Assembly: GCA_902493345.1 (NCBI GenBank)
Contig: CABUPM010000001.1
Location: 14,126-78,125 of the forward strand
Direction: 5' to 3'
Source of the DNA: an uncultured Eubacteriales bacterium
GTDB taxonomy: Bacteria; Bacillota; Clostridia; Lachnospirales; Bianqueaceae
DNA length: 64,000 bases
Shown in pieces: positions 17,423-26,113 of the stretch. How positions within the stretch are numbered: the stretch's first letter is position 1; the number at the start of each line of letters is the position of its first letter. The translations under genes and the position numbers were made by a program. The notes under the pieces are model-generated. The model did no database searches and had not been told where the DNA came from. It was given only the letters and a program-made list of their open reading frames with translations.

Positions 17423-17450
17423 ATTATAACATAAAGCAGGATTTTTTCAA
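17423..17450 (-). promoter_or_regulatory. Sigma-A-type promoter for ttcA-xer
   Basis: Minus strand TTGAAA-16 nt-TATAAT (TGt extended). Confidence 0.5.
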
Positions 17451-17568
17451 GTATGCGGTACAAGAAATATTTTGCGAATAGTTAGTGGGAGAAATAGTGA
17501 GAAGTGCTGTGCATATTTTTTCCAAAAGGATTCATACTGAACTTGTAGATTTTTTAAGGAGGCATACT

Positions 17569-18153
17569 ATGAATCTTGAAGGAACCGAGACAGCCCGCAG
17601 CCTTATGAAGGCCTTTGCCGGTGAATCACAGGCTAGAAACCGGTATATGATCTATGCAGAAAAAGCACATCAGGAAGGTTTGCATCAGATTGCTCAGATC
17701 TTTACAATAACGGCATCCAATGAGGATGCACACGCAAAACAGTTTTTTCAGGCTATGAACGAATATGGCTTAAATCAGCGTACGGTAGATATTGCGGCAG
17801 ATTTTCCGGTAGCGATCAATAACACGATGACCAATCTGGAATCCGCAGCGCAAGGTGAACACGAAGAACACGCGAAGCTGTATCCGGAATACGCGCGGAT
17901 CGCCGGACAAGAAGGTTTTCCGGGGATTGCAAGGCTTTTTACAGATATAGCGTCCATTGAAAAAAATCATGAAGAACGTTTTCGGGCTTTTTACGAACTT
18001 GTTCGGGATAATGAACTTTTGAAAAAGGATGTCGAGATCACATGGATATGCGATGTGTGCGGATATATTTATACGGGGACAGAACCGCCCAAGATCTGTC
18101 CGGTATGTAAAAATCCCCAGGGATATTATCAGGTTCACAGGAAGGATTATTGA
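17569..18153 (+). CDS. rbr: Rubrerythrin
   Basis: Ferritin-like di-iron ExxH helices (ESQARNRY, EDAHAKQ, EHEEHAK, EKNHEERF) plus a C-terminal rubredoxin CDVCGY...CPVCKNP. ATG 17569 after AAGGAGG. Confidence 0.9.
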   Translation: MNLEGTETARSLMKAFAGESQARNRYMIYAEKAHQEGLHQIAQIFTITASNEDAHAKQFFQAMNEYGLNQRTVDIAADFPVAINNTMTNLESAAQGEHEEHAKLYPEYARIAGQEGFPGIARLFTDIASIEKNHEERFRAFYELVRDNELLKKDVEITWICDVCGYIYTGTEPPKICPVCKNPQGYYQVHRKDY

Positions 18154-18182
18154 GTGTTTTCGGAAGAAGTGGCCTCTTTTTC

Positions 18183-18212
18183 AACACAACTTTTCGTAAA
18201 AGTTGTGTTTTG
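18183..18212 (+). terminator. Terminator after rbr
   Basis: AACACAACTTTT-CGT-AAAAGTTGTGTT followed by TT. Confidence 0.65.
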
Positions 18213-18249
18213 CGAATAGTTGCGGACAAACAAAAAAGCCCTCTTTCCC

Positions 18250-18301
18250 CAAAAAAGACAAAATAAAACACACGGATTCATTGTCTGAATGATCCGTGTG
18301 T
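18250..18301 (-). terminator. Terminator ending the obg...rsfS operon
   Basis: Minus-strand hairpin ACACACGGAT...ATCCGTGTGT followed by UUUAUUUUGUCUUUUUU. Confidence 0.7.
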
Positions 18302-18312
18302 TACATAGACTT

Positions 18313-18687
18313 TTATAATTCCTCCGGTGCGACCTTTTTTCCGTCTGACCAGATTCGTTCCAAATTATAAAAGACGCGGGCTTCCTGACTAAATACATGA
18401 ATGATCACGCGCTGGAAATCGATGAGGCCCCAAGTACAGGTGTTCAGGCCTTCCTTGTCAGAAGCTTCGTATCCGGCTTCCGCCAGCTTTTCCTCCACTT
18501 CATCCAGCAGAGCCTTAACATGGTTGGGATTGCGGCCGTGAGCGATAACAAAATAGTCGGCCAGGACAGAGACTTCGTGGATGTCCAAAATACGGATATC
18601 CTCCCCCATCTTATCTTCCAAAGCCTTATAAGCGATTTTTGCCATTTTGGCGGATTCTTTTAAATCCTCCTGTAATGATTTTTCCAT
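18313..18687 (-). CDS. rsfS: Ribosome silencing factor RsfS
   Basis: 124 aa; ...DIRILDIHEVSVLADYFVIAHGRN...WGLIDFQRVIIHVF typical of RsfS/IojAP. Confidence 0.9.
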   Translation of the reverse strand: MEKSLQEDLKESAKMAKIAYKALEDKMGEDIRILDIHEVSVLADYFVIAHGRNPNHVKALLDEVEEKLAEAGYEASDKEGLNTCTWGLIDFQRVIIHVFSQEARVFYNLERIWSDGKKVAPEEL

Positions 18688-18704
18688 TCAGTTGGCTCCT
18701 TTCT

Positions 18705-19277
18705 TTACTGATTTGACAGATTCTGCAGTGCTTCCATAGTATAGGGATGTACGGTAAGATTCTGTCGATGCAGGTATTCGACGGTATTTTTCAAAATATA
18801 AAGTGTGCCCTGATCCAGATCTTTCGACAAAAGCTCCCGTGCCTCTTCCAGACCCGGGAATGGTTTGCGGCCCGGCTCCGTATAATCAGCAGAAAATATG
18901 ATTTTGTCAAGAAGAGTCATTTCGGCTCGGCCGGTGGTATGATACCGAATTGCATTCAGGATTTCCGGGGAAAATACATTCCCGAAGCGCTGCTGTGCCG
19001 TATAAGGCGCGGCAAAAGCATGTAAAAGCTGCGGATAGGCGCTGTTGGGACCCAGATCAACATGTTCCTTTTCACAGATCTGCAGCAATTCCTCTTCAGA
19101 CAGATTTTTGGCGCAGTCATGAAGTAAGGCTGCGGTGGATGCTTCTGCCTCAGAGATGCCGTAGGCTCTGGCTAGGCGGACAGCGGTCTCTTCAACGCCC
19201 AAGGTATGTAAGAAGCGTTTGGGCTTGAGGGTATCATATAACCAGCGGATGATTTCGATTCTTGTCGGGCTGTTCAT
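18705..19277 (-). CDS. yqeK: HD-domain bis(5'-nucleosyl)-tetraphosphatase YqeK
   Basis: HTLGV...LLHDCAK HD motif. Conserved position downstream of nadD with a 4-nt overlap. Confidence 0.85.
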   Translation of the reverse strand: MNSPTRIEIIRWLYDTLKPKRFLHTLGVEETAVRLARAYGISEAEASTAALLHDCAKNLSEEELLQICEKEHVDLGPNSAYPQLLHAFAAPYTAQQRFGNVFSPEILNAIRYHTTGRAEMTLLDKIIFSADYTEPGRKPFPGLEEARELLSKDLDQGTLYILKNTVEYLHRQNLTVHPYTMEALQNLSNQ

Positions 19278-19948
19278 CTCTCGGCGGCCTCCTCTTTCTG
19301 ATACAGATGATACTTTTGAATGAAATTCTCAACCGATTCTGGTACCAGATACTTGATAGAGCGTCCGGATTGAATCCTGGCGCGGATATCGGAGGAAGAT
19401 ATGGACAGGGCTGGTACCTCGAGAAAATGAAACTTACGCAGCGGATTATCTTCATGGGTGGTAAGAATCCGGCGCATCAGCTCTTCTTTATTGTATCCGG
19501 GACGTGTTGCGGCCACAAAAGTACAGGAGGCCAGGAGTTCCTCCGCGTTATGCCAGCTGAACATTTGATAGAACGCATCCGCACCGGTAATAAAGAAGAT
19601 CTCCGTATCCGGTCCGTAAATCTCCTGTAAGGCATGAATGGTATCAATGGTATAGGTATACCCCACACGATCGATCTCTAAACGGGAAACATAAAAGTCA
19701 TCGTTGGACTCTGTAGCCAATAGAGTCATCAGATACCGGTTCTCCGGATCACTGATGACCCGATCTGATTTATGCGGTGGCCGTCCGGTAGGGATGAACA
19801 GCACCTGATCGATCTGAAACTCCTGGCGGACAGCCTCCGCTGTTACGAGGTGTCCGTAATGGATCGGGTCAAAGGTTCCGCCCATCACAGCGACCCGTTT
19901 CGCTCTCGGATCATACAAATCATGGAATACGGCTCGATTTTCCGTCAT
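19274..19948 (-). CDS. nadD: Nicotinate-nucleotide adenylyltransferase
   Basis: GGTFDPIHYGH (T/HxGH) motif and an ISSSDIR motif. Confidence 0.9.
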   Translation of the reverse strand: MTENRAVFHDLYDPRAKRVAVMGGTFDPIHYGHLVTAEAVRQEFQIDQVLFIPTGRPPHKSDRVISDPENRYLMTLLATESNDDFYVSRLEIDRVGYTYTIDTIHALQEIYGPDTEIFFITGADAFYQMFSWHNAEELLASCTFVAATRPGYNKEELMRRILTTHEDNPLRKFHFLEVPALSISSSDIRARIQSGRSIKYLVPESVENFIQKYHLYQKEEAAER

Positions 19949-19969
19949 TTTGGTATCCTCTTTTTAGTT

Positions 19970-20260
19970 TTAACGTGGCAGCTCAATATGGGGCTTCTTG
20001 GAGGTACGGTAAAGAATGATCTTATGACCGATCACCTGTACGACCTCAGAATGAGTTCTAGAAGCAATGGTTTCCGCCAGAGAACGGATATCTTCAAAGC
20101 AGTTGTTCAATACATTGATTTTAATCAATTCTCTCTTTTCCAGAGCATCATCCAGAGCGTTGACAAGTTCCGGAGCGGCTCCGCTCTTACCGACTTGAAA
20201 AATCGGCTCCATTACACTTGCCAGAGATTTTAGATAAGCACGTTGTTTGGTTGTAAGCAT
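19970..20260 (-). CDS. yhbY: CRM-domain RNA-binding protein YhbY
   Basis: 96 aa; LTTKQRAYLKSLA...FQVGKSG...ELIKINVL typical of YhbY. Confidence 0.9.
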   Translation of the reverse strand: MLTTKQRAYLKSLASVMEPIFQVGKSGAAPELVNALDDALEKRELIKINVLNNCFEDIRSLAETIASRTHSEVVQVIGHKIILYRTSKKPHIELPR

Positions 20261-20284
20261 GATATTCCTTTCTGTACTGACAGT

Positions 20285-21583
20285 TTACGGATAATATTCA
20301 AAAGCGGTGTCATCCACCTGTACGGTATCCCCTTCTTGAATGCCCATCTCTTCCAGACGGGCAATGACGCCGCGCTCACGCAGGAAGCGCTGAAAGAAGT
20401 CAAAGCCCTTTTCGCTTTCCAGATGGGTGAATCCGAGCATTTTTTCGATAGCAGGACCACCTACTACATAGGTGCCGTCCGGCAGCTGCTCGATATCGAT
20501 GCCATCGCCGTCGTTTTCCTTCAGAGCCTGCAGGGCTTCCTGCTCTTCAATGAAGTACTCTTTTTCAAATACAGCGGGCTCTTCCCCGATCTGATCGCGG
20601 ATCTGAACAACACGGTCCAAGAGATCACGGACGCCCTCACCGGTTGCGGCTGAAATAGGATACAGAATCATATGATGTTCCTGACAATATTCTTCCAGCA
20701 TATCATAATAGAGTTTGGCATCCGGAAGATCCATCTTGTTGGCTCCGATTACCTGCGGCAGGGAGGCAAGACGATCACTATACCGTGCAAGCTCCTGGTT
20801 GATCTTCTCCAGATCACTGATGGGATCACGCCCGTCCAGGCCGGCAGTATCTACCAAATGAATCAAAACGCGAGTACGTTCCAGATGCTTCAAAAATTCA
20901 TGTCCAAGACCAACACCTTCAGATGCGCCCTCGATCAGCCCGGGAATATCGGCGATGATAAGGGACTTGCCATAAGGAAGTTCAACGACACCCAAATTCG
21001 GTTCCAAGGTGGTGAATGGGTAGCTTGCGATCTTGGGACGAGCATTGGAAACACGGGAAAGGAACGTGGACTTACCGGCGTTCGGATACCCCAGCAGTCC
21101 CACATCCGCCAGGACCTTCAGTTCCATTACAAGGTTCAGGCTTTTTCCAGGCCGCCCAGGCTGTGCGTACTTCGGAATCTGCATCGTAGGCGTTGCATAA
21201 TGCTGGTTTCCCTTTCCACCGCGGCCGCCCTGCAGAATTACCTCGCGCATATTGGGCTTGGACATATCGGCGACGACGAGTCCGGTAGATTCTTCCCGCA
21301 GAACCGTTCCGATCGGAACCGCAATGACCAGGTCTTCCGCGTCCTTACCATGACAGTTCTTGCCGCTGCCGTCTCCGCCTCGGTCTGCCTTATAGATTCT
21401 GCGGTTGCGGAAATCGGACAGGGTATTGAGCCCTTCCTCTGTCACAAATATGACATCTCCGCCTTTTCCGCCGTCTCCGCCGTCCGGGCCGCCGTTGGCT
21501 ACGTATTTTTCCCGACGAAAAGAAGCACAGCCGTTGCCGCCTTTTCCGGATTCTATATAAATCTTAGCTTCATCTACAAACAT
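20285..21583 (-). CDS. obg: GTPase Obg/CgtA
   Basis: MFVDEAKIYIESGKGGNGCASFRREKY Obg fold. G1 GYPNAGKST, G3 DIPGLIEGA, and a C-terminal TGS-like OCT domain. Confidence 0.95.
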   Translation of the reverse strand: MFVDEAKIYIESGKGGNGCASFRREKYVANGGPDGGDGGKGGDVIFVTEEGLNTLSDFRNRRIYKADRGGDGSGKNCHGKDAEDLVIAVPIGTVLREESTGLVVADMSKPNMREVILQGGRGGKGNQHYATPTMQIPKYAQPGRPGKSLNLVMELKVLADVGLLGYPNAGKSTFLSRVSNARPKIASYPFTTLEPNLGVVELPYGKSLIIADIPGLIEGASEGVGLGHEFLKHLERTRVLIHLVDTAGLDGRDPISDLEKINQELARYSDRLASLPQVIGANKMDLPDAKLYYDMLEEYCQEHHMILYPISAATGEGVRDLLDRVVQIRDQIGEEPAVFEKEYFIEEQEALQALKENDGDGIDIEQLPDGTYVVGGPAIEKMLGFTHLESEKGFDFFQRFLRERGVIARLEEMGIQEGDTVQVDDTAFEYYP

Positions 21584-21601
21584 AGAGATCTCCTTTATTG
21601 A

Positions 21602-21640
21602 GAAAAAGCAGGTTCCAAATAAAGACTATTTGAAACCTGC
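21602..21640 (-). terminator. Terminator/attenuator between rpmA and obg
   Basis: Minus-strand hairpin GCAGGUUUCAAAUA...UAUUUGGAACCUGC (one mismatch) followed by UUUUUCUC. Confidence 0.7.
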
Positions 21641-21682
21641 CCGATAGCTGAACTCTCGTTCAAATACATGTGTCTGTTAAGA

Positions 21683-21973
21683 TCAAACAGCCTGCTCAAC
21701 AGGATATACAGAAACCTGCTTCTTGTCGCGGCCCTTTCTCTCAAACTTAACACGGCCCTCTACCAAAGCGTAAAGGGTATCATCCTTGCCGATACCAACG
21801 TTAACACCCGGATGGATTCTGGTACCGCGCTGACGATACAGAATATTGCCGGCCTTAACAACCTGACCATCGGCTCTCTTTGCTCCCAGGCGCTTGGACT
21901 CGGAATCACGTCCGTTCTTGGTAGAACCAACACCCTTCTTATGTGCAAATAACTGAAGATTCATCTGAAGCAT
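21683..21973 (-). CDS. rpmA: 50S ribosomal protein L27 with N-terminal propeptide
   Basis: [24 protein letters not shown]. The 9-residue extension ending in F before AHKK is the Prp cleavage substrate known in Firmicutes. Confidence 0.95.
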   Translation of the reverse strand: MLQMNLQLFAHKKGVGSTKNGRDSESKRLGAKRADGQVVKAGNILYRQRGTRIHPGVNVGIGKDDTLYALVEGRVKFERKGRDKKQVSVYPVEQAV

Positions 21974-21988
21974 TGTATTGCACCTCCT

Positions 21989-22330
21989 TCATGTGCGCTT
22001 GCATACTTTTACGGTAACATGTTCACTGTATGACTCAGAAACCGATTGAAGCCCTAACAGCAGAAGATTCGAAATCAAATCTGTCTGACCGCTGCCCTCC
22101 CCCGCACGAACCGCCTCTACTGTCGCTGAAAGAAAACCATCCGGATCCATCTCATAAGAAAACGTATCTTCAGAAAACTTCTCTAAACCATTAACAGTAT
22201 TTAACGAAAGTGCAGATACTGCCGCACAGACGATGTCCGGTTCACCAACGTGGGCATACCCAGCATGTCCATGAATCCGGAAACTCCAGATTCTGTCCGC
22301 AGCATTTGTATAAAAGACTGCTTCAATCAT
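21989..22330 (-). CDS. prp: Ribosomal-processing cysteine protease Prp
   Basis: 113 aa, ...FRIHGHAGYA...DIVCAAVSAL (His/Cys dyad), between rplU and rpmA. Confidence 0.9.
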   Translation of the reverse strand: MIEAVFYTNAADRIWSFRIHGHAGYAHVGEPDIVCAAVSALSLNTVNGLEKFSEDTFSYEMDPDGFLSATVEAVRAGEGSGQTDLISNLLLLGLQSVSESYSEHVTVKVCKRT

Positions 22331-22346
22331 CGTACACTCATTCCTC

Positions 22347-22658
22347 TTATGCCTGGATCGAATCGATCTTCAGCTTGGTGAAGAACTGTCTGTGTCCCTG
22401 CTTCTTGTGATAGCCCTTCTTGGACTTATACTTGTAAACAGTGATCTTCTTTGCACGGCCTTCCTTAATGGTGGTCGCAGCAACCTTTGCACCCTCTACA
22501 TAAGGAGTACCAACCTTCGCTCCGTCCTCGTTGAATACAGCCAAAACCTTATCAAAGGTATAAGCCTCACCCTCAACCAGACCAAGCTTCTCGACAAATA
22601 CAACGTCTCCTTCTTGTACCCGGTACTGCTTACCGCCAGTCTCAATAACTGCGTACAT
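22347..22658 (-). CDS. rplU: 50S ribosomal protein L21
   Basis: [18 protein letters not shown]... canonical L21. Confidence 0.95.
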   Translation of the reverse strand: MYAVIETGGKQYRVQEGDVVFVEKLGLVEGEAYTFDKVLAVFNEDGAKVGTPYVEGAKVAATTIKEGRAKKITVYKYKSKKGYHKKQGHRQFFTKLKIDSIQA

Positions 22659-22740
22659 ACTCAGGCACCTCCTTCTCTCTAAACTCGCCGATTACGGTAG
22701 TATGAATCCATACTTTATAAAACCCCATCGAGCGGCAACA
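22659..22740 (-). promoter_or_regulatory. 5' leader of rplU (position of the Firmicute L21 leader; fold not verified)
   Basis: About 80-nt UTR between the predicted -10 and the rplU ATG. It contains the hairpin AGUAUG-GAUU-CAUACU. Identity with the L21-leader motif was not tested. Confidence 0.3.
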
Positions 22741-22745
22741 GTAAT

Positions 22746-22774
22746 ATCTTAACATAAGAAAAACAAGTTGTCAA
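22746..22774 (-). promoter_or_regulatory. Sigma-A-type promoter for rplU-prp-rpmA
   Basis: Minus strand TTGACA-17 nt-TAAGAT (TGt extended). Confidence 0.65.
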
Positions 22775-22790
22775 GCAGTTTTTTTGTTTT

Positions 22791-23498
22791 TCAGACAATT
22801 ATATCCATTAGACGGCGGCGTATGCCTTCCTGCTCCCGAAAAAGATCCTGACGGCAGATCTGCTCGCTCCGGATTGCTTCTGGATGTCCACAGTGCTGCC
22901 AAAAGGCCTGCATCATACGATCCGGTTTTAGATATTTAGGATTGTCGCAGGCGCACCATAGCTGCAAAACACATGGAGATATGAGTTCCAGAGATTCAAT
23001 CAGCGGTTTGATATCTATGGTTACTTCCTGTTTTTCTCCGTGAAATTTCGCAAGCTTTGTGATAAGAATCTCATCCAGAGAAAGAAAGTTCTGCAGCCAG
23101 GACGCATACTCGGAAGCGAATTTTTCTGGTAGGGAAATCTCATAGAGCGCATGTGTTGCAAGGGACATAACAGGCTTGGCGTTCTCAGGCAGGGTTCGAC
23201 ATTCCGATACATGGAGGCCTTCCGGAAGATGTGGATTGAGACGGTTTAACAGTTCTGTATCATCCCATTCGCGGGTTAACTGCAATTCCATATACTCATG
23301 TTTTCCGCAGCTTCCAAGCGAAAGAGGCTGTGCGAAAGAGATTTGTGGATGCGGATTGAACCCTTGAGAAAATACCAATTCGACTCCGGCACGATTTAGA
23401 GCACGATGAAAGACTCGCAGAAGATCCAGGTGCCCGACAAACCGTAGACGGCCTTCTTTGGAAAAAACAAGCCTCTTCCTGTATTTTATAGCATTCAT
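22791..23498 (-). CDS. Radical-SAM-associated protein (TIGR03936/DUF2344-like)
   Basis: LVFSKEGRLRFVGHLDLLRVFHRALNRAG...SQGFNPHPQISF is the hallmark N-terminus of this family. 4-nt overlap with the upstream radical SAM gene. Confidence 0.8.
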   Translation of the reverse strand: MNAIKYRKRLVFSKEGRLRFVGHLDLLRVFHRALNRAGVELVFSQGFNPHPQISFAQPLSLGSCGKHEYMELQLTREWDDTELLNRLNPHLPEGLHVSECRTLPENAKPVMSLATHALYEISLPEKFASEYASWLQNFLSLDEILITKLAKFHGEKQEVTIDIKPLIESLELISPCVLQLWCACDNPKYLKPDRMMQAFWQHCGHPEAIRSEQICRQDLFREQEGIRRRLMDIIV

Positions 23499-25378
23499 TT
23501 CTGCTCCTCCCGTTTTTCATGACATAATCCGCAACCCGTGAAACGAGCCATGCCGCATCCGGTACATTTCTCAAGGCAATCGGGAGAGGCTTGTCCTGCC
23601 ATTGCTTTTTCATATTCCCGGCGCAGCCACTGCTTACTTACGCCGTAATCAATCATATCCCATGGAAAGATCTCGTCGGCCGGTCTTTCACGATGATTGT
23701 AATAATCCAACTCAATATTGCACTCTTCAATCGCTTCACGCCACGCCGCCTCATTAAAATGATCGGACCAGCTGTCAAAACGGCAGCCCTTTTTCCAAGC
23801 GGTATAGATGAGCTTGGAGGTTCTGCGGTCTCCCCGGGCGAGAAGCCCTTCCAAGGCGCTCAAAAAAGAATCGTGGCAGCTGTAGCGGATCTTACGATTG
23901 CGGATCCGGCTGTTTAGAAAGTGTTGTTTATCCAGATATTCCTGTGCGCTTATCTGCGGCGCCCATTGAAACGCGGAAAAAGACTTCGGAACAAAGAAGG
24001 AGGTGCTGATTGTAATCTGTACATCCCGGGAACGCTGTTCTTTTGGAATAGAGTTCCATGTATCCAGAATCTTATAACCGAATTTGGCAATTCCATCGAT
24101 ATCTTCCGGGGTCTCTGTCGGTAATCCCAGCATGAAATACAGCTTTACCCGGTCCCAGCCGCCGGAAAAGGCAAGCTGACATCCATTCAGGATCTCCTCT
24201 TCCGTCAGCCCCTTATTGATGACGTCTCGGAGGCGCTGAGTTCCTGCTTCTGCCGCAAAAGTTAATCCGCTCTTTTTGCCTTCCGCGAGCTTTTCCATAA
24301 GGCCCAGAGAAAAGGCATCTACACGCAGAGAAGGAAGGGAGATAGCGATATTTGGGAATTTCTCATGGAATTCCGTCATCAGTTCTTCCAGCCACGGATA
24401 ATCATCCGTGCTGAGAGAAGTAAAAGAGATCTCGTCATAGCCGGTATTTTTCATGAGTTCTTCGCACATGGCCATTACGGTTTCTTTACTGCGATAACGT
24501 ACGGGTTTGTAGACCTGTCCGGCCTGGCAAAAACGGCATCCATGAATACATCCGCGGAAGATCTCCATGACTGCGCGGTCATGGACGGTCTGGAGATAAG
24601 GAACGATCGGCTTTAATGGATAAAATGAGGTTTCCAGATCGGTTACGATATCCTTACGAATTTTGGCAGGAGCATCCGGACGATTGGGACGAATGGAACG
24701 GATGGACGGCGTATACTGTGCTCCGGCAGCCGGGGTGTCGTAATATTCGACATCATAATAAGCCGGAACATAAATTGGACCAAGATCCAGAATTTTGGAG
24801 AGGAAATCCCTGCGGTGTCCGCCGGCAGCTTTATGTGCTTCATAGCGATTGAATATCTCATGATAAGAGACTTCTCCTTCTCCGATATAAAAGAAATCGA
24901 TAAACGGGGCCAGTACTTCCGGATTGCTGGCAGTGGGACCGCCGGCAATGATTAGAGGATCGTTATCATCGCGATCTGCCGCGTATAATGGGATTCCCGC
25001 AAGGTCCAGCATGTTCAGGATATTTGTGAAGGACATCTCATATTGAAGAGTAAAGGCAACAAAGTCCATTTCACGGAGAGGTGTAAAGGTCTCCAGTGTA
25101 TACAACGGGAGGTGATTTTCGCGCAGTTTTTGTTCCATATCCGGCCAGGGAGCAAAAGCCCTCTCGCAATAGACATTGGGCATCTGATTAAAATCACCAT
25201 ATAAGAGCTGGAGACCGAGATGGGACATGCCGATTTCGTATACGTCCGGAAAACAAAAAGCAATCCGGACCGGAGTGGTTGACGGATCTTTCATAACAGA
25301 GTTGACTTCTCCGCCGATATAACGGGAAGGCTTTTCAACCTGCAGTAAAATGGGATCCGGTATGGAGACGTGACTCAT
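23495..25378 (-). CDS. B12-binding-domain radical SAM protein (TIGR03960-like)
   Basis: 627 aa. ...EKPSRYIGGEVNS... N-terminus and the radical SAM cluster motif CIHGCRFC. Confidence 0.85.
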   Translation of the reverse strand: MSHVSIPDPILLQVEKPSRYIGGEVNSVMKDPSTTPVRIAFCFPDVYEIGMSHLGLQLLYGDFNQMPNVYCERAFAPWPDMEQKLRENHLPLYTLETFTPLREMDFVAFTLQYEMSFTNILNMLDLAGIPLYAADRDDNDPLIIAGGPTASNPEVLAPFIDFFYIGEGEVSYHEIFNRYEAHKAAGGHRRDFLSKILDLGPIYVPAYYDVEYYDTPAAGAQYTPSIRSIRPNRPDAPAKIRKDIVTDLETSFYPLKPIVPYLQTVHDRAVMEIFRGCIHGCRFCQAGQVYKPVRYRSKETVMAMCEELMKNTGYDEISFTSLSTDDYPWLEELMTEFHEKFPNIAISLPSLRVDAFSLGLMEKLAEGKKSGLTFAAEAGTQRLRDVINKGLTEEEILNGCQLAFSGGWDRVKLYFMLGLPTETPEDIDGIAKFGYKILDTWNSIPKEQRSRDVQITISTSFFVPKSFSAFQWAPQISAQEYLDKQHFLNSRIRNRKIRYSCHDSFLSALEGLLARGDRRTSKLIYTAWKKGCRFDSWSDHFNEAAWREAIEECNIELDYYNHRERPADEIFPWDMIDYGVSKQWLRREYEKAMAGQASPDCLEKCTGCGMARFTGCGLCHEKREEQK

Positions 25379-25398
25379 AGAAATCCTCCTCTATAGGT

Positions 25399-25614
25399 TC
25401 ATGGTATATTTTGAAAAAGCTGAAACAGATCTGCTAGCTGCAGTGTTTTTGGGGCGATTGTCTGCATGAAAAAAGCGATCCATTCCGGATGAACAGAGCG
25501 AATGATCCAGCCTGCCGCTAAAAAAGCCGCGGACAGGGCTGCCTGCAGCCAGTGGCAGAATACGAACGTCTGCTCTTCTGAAGCAGGACGCTGTCGATGG
25601 CGCGAATGTATCAT
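25399..25614 (-). CDS. Possible small protein (71 aa), unknown function
   Basis: ATG 25614 lies 9 nt after GAGGGAG. It ends 20 nt before the radical SAM ATG and contains one hydrophobic stretch WLQAALSAAFLAAGWII. No family recognised; it could be non-coding. Confidence 0.25.
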   Translation of the reverse strand: MIHSRHRQRPASEEQTFVFCHWLQAALSAAFLAAGWIIRSVHPEWIAFFMQTIAPKTLQLADLFQLFQNIP

Positions 25615-25665
25615 AGTATAGGACTCCCTCGGTCTTATCTGATACAATGTACGCAGGAAGATTAT

Positions 25666-25694
25666 AAAAAGAACCTGTGGATTTCCGCAGGTTC
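25666..25694 (-). terminator. Terminator after the MgsA-like gene
   Basis: Minus-strand GAACCUG-10 nt loop-CAGGUUC followed by UUUUUAU. Confidence 0.65.
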
Positions 25695-25707
25695 CAAGCA
25701 TACATGT

Positions 25708-26100
25708 TTATCGATACATATTCCGCCAGTCCAGATCGCCATTTTCCATTCCCAGAACAAGCATTTCCGCGGTTGCGAGATTGGTCGCGATCGGGATGTT
25801 ATGCATATCGCATAATTTGATAATAGGAGCGACATCCGCTTCTCTTTCAGCTCCTAAGGGATCCCTCAAGAAGATCACAAGGTCAATGTCATTATTCGTA
25901 ATCTGTGCGCCCATCTGCTCCAGGCCGCCAAGAGGTCCTGCCAGATATTTATGGACATGCAGATTCGTTACCTCCTCAATCAAACGTCCCGTCGTTCCGG
26001 TAGCGTACATCGTATGCTTACTGAGAATGTGACGATACGCAATACAAAAATTCTGCATCAGCTTCTTTTTGTTATTGTGTGCTGCCAAAGCGATGTTCAA
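25708..26100 (-). CDS. mgsA: Methylglyoxal synthase-like (MGS-fold) protein with substituted catalytic residues
   Basis: Clear MGS fold (IALAAH.., YATGTTG, GPLGG, LVIFLRDPL, IPIATN). However it reads AHNN instead of AHD, GGLEQ instead of GGDQQ, and AEREAD instead of PHDPD. Confidence 0.75.
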   Translation of the reverse strand: MNIALAAHNNKKKLMQNFCIAYRHILSKHTMYATGTTGRLIEEVTNLHVHKYLAGPLGGLEQMGAQITNNDIDLVIFLRDPLGAEREADVAPIIKLCDMHNIPIATNLATAEMLVLGMENGDLDWRNMYR

Positions 26101-26113
26101 CGTGAACCCCTCC

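Noticed and set aside
17410-17429. AT-rich palindromes ATAATATGATTAT / TTATATTATAA upstream of rubrerythrin, as a possible PerR/Fur box
   Set aside because: The half-site spacing does not fit the 7-1-7 PerR/Fur consensus. The sequence coincides with the -10 region of the divergent ttcA promoter and lies about 140 nt from the rbr start. This cannot be supported without a matrix scan.
17470-18221. Identical 14-mer TTTTGCGAATAGTT on both sides of rbr (17470-17483 and 18208-18221), as a possible insertion scar or operator pair
   Set aside because: A single 14-nt match is short enough to arise by chance in AT-rich intergenic DNA. There is no further flanking similarity and no mobile-element gene. 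The second copy partly overlaps the rbr terminator tail. It is worth only a quick look in related genomes.
25391-25705. 104-aa and 100-aa overlapping minus-strand ORFs filling the mgsA / radical SAM gap
   Set aside because: Their 5' parts run through the mgsA terminator hairpin and have no RBS. Only the shorter internal ORF starting at 25614 has a plausible SD, and it is listed at low confidence.
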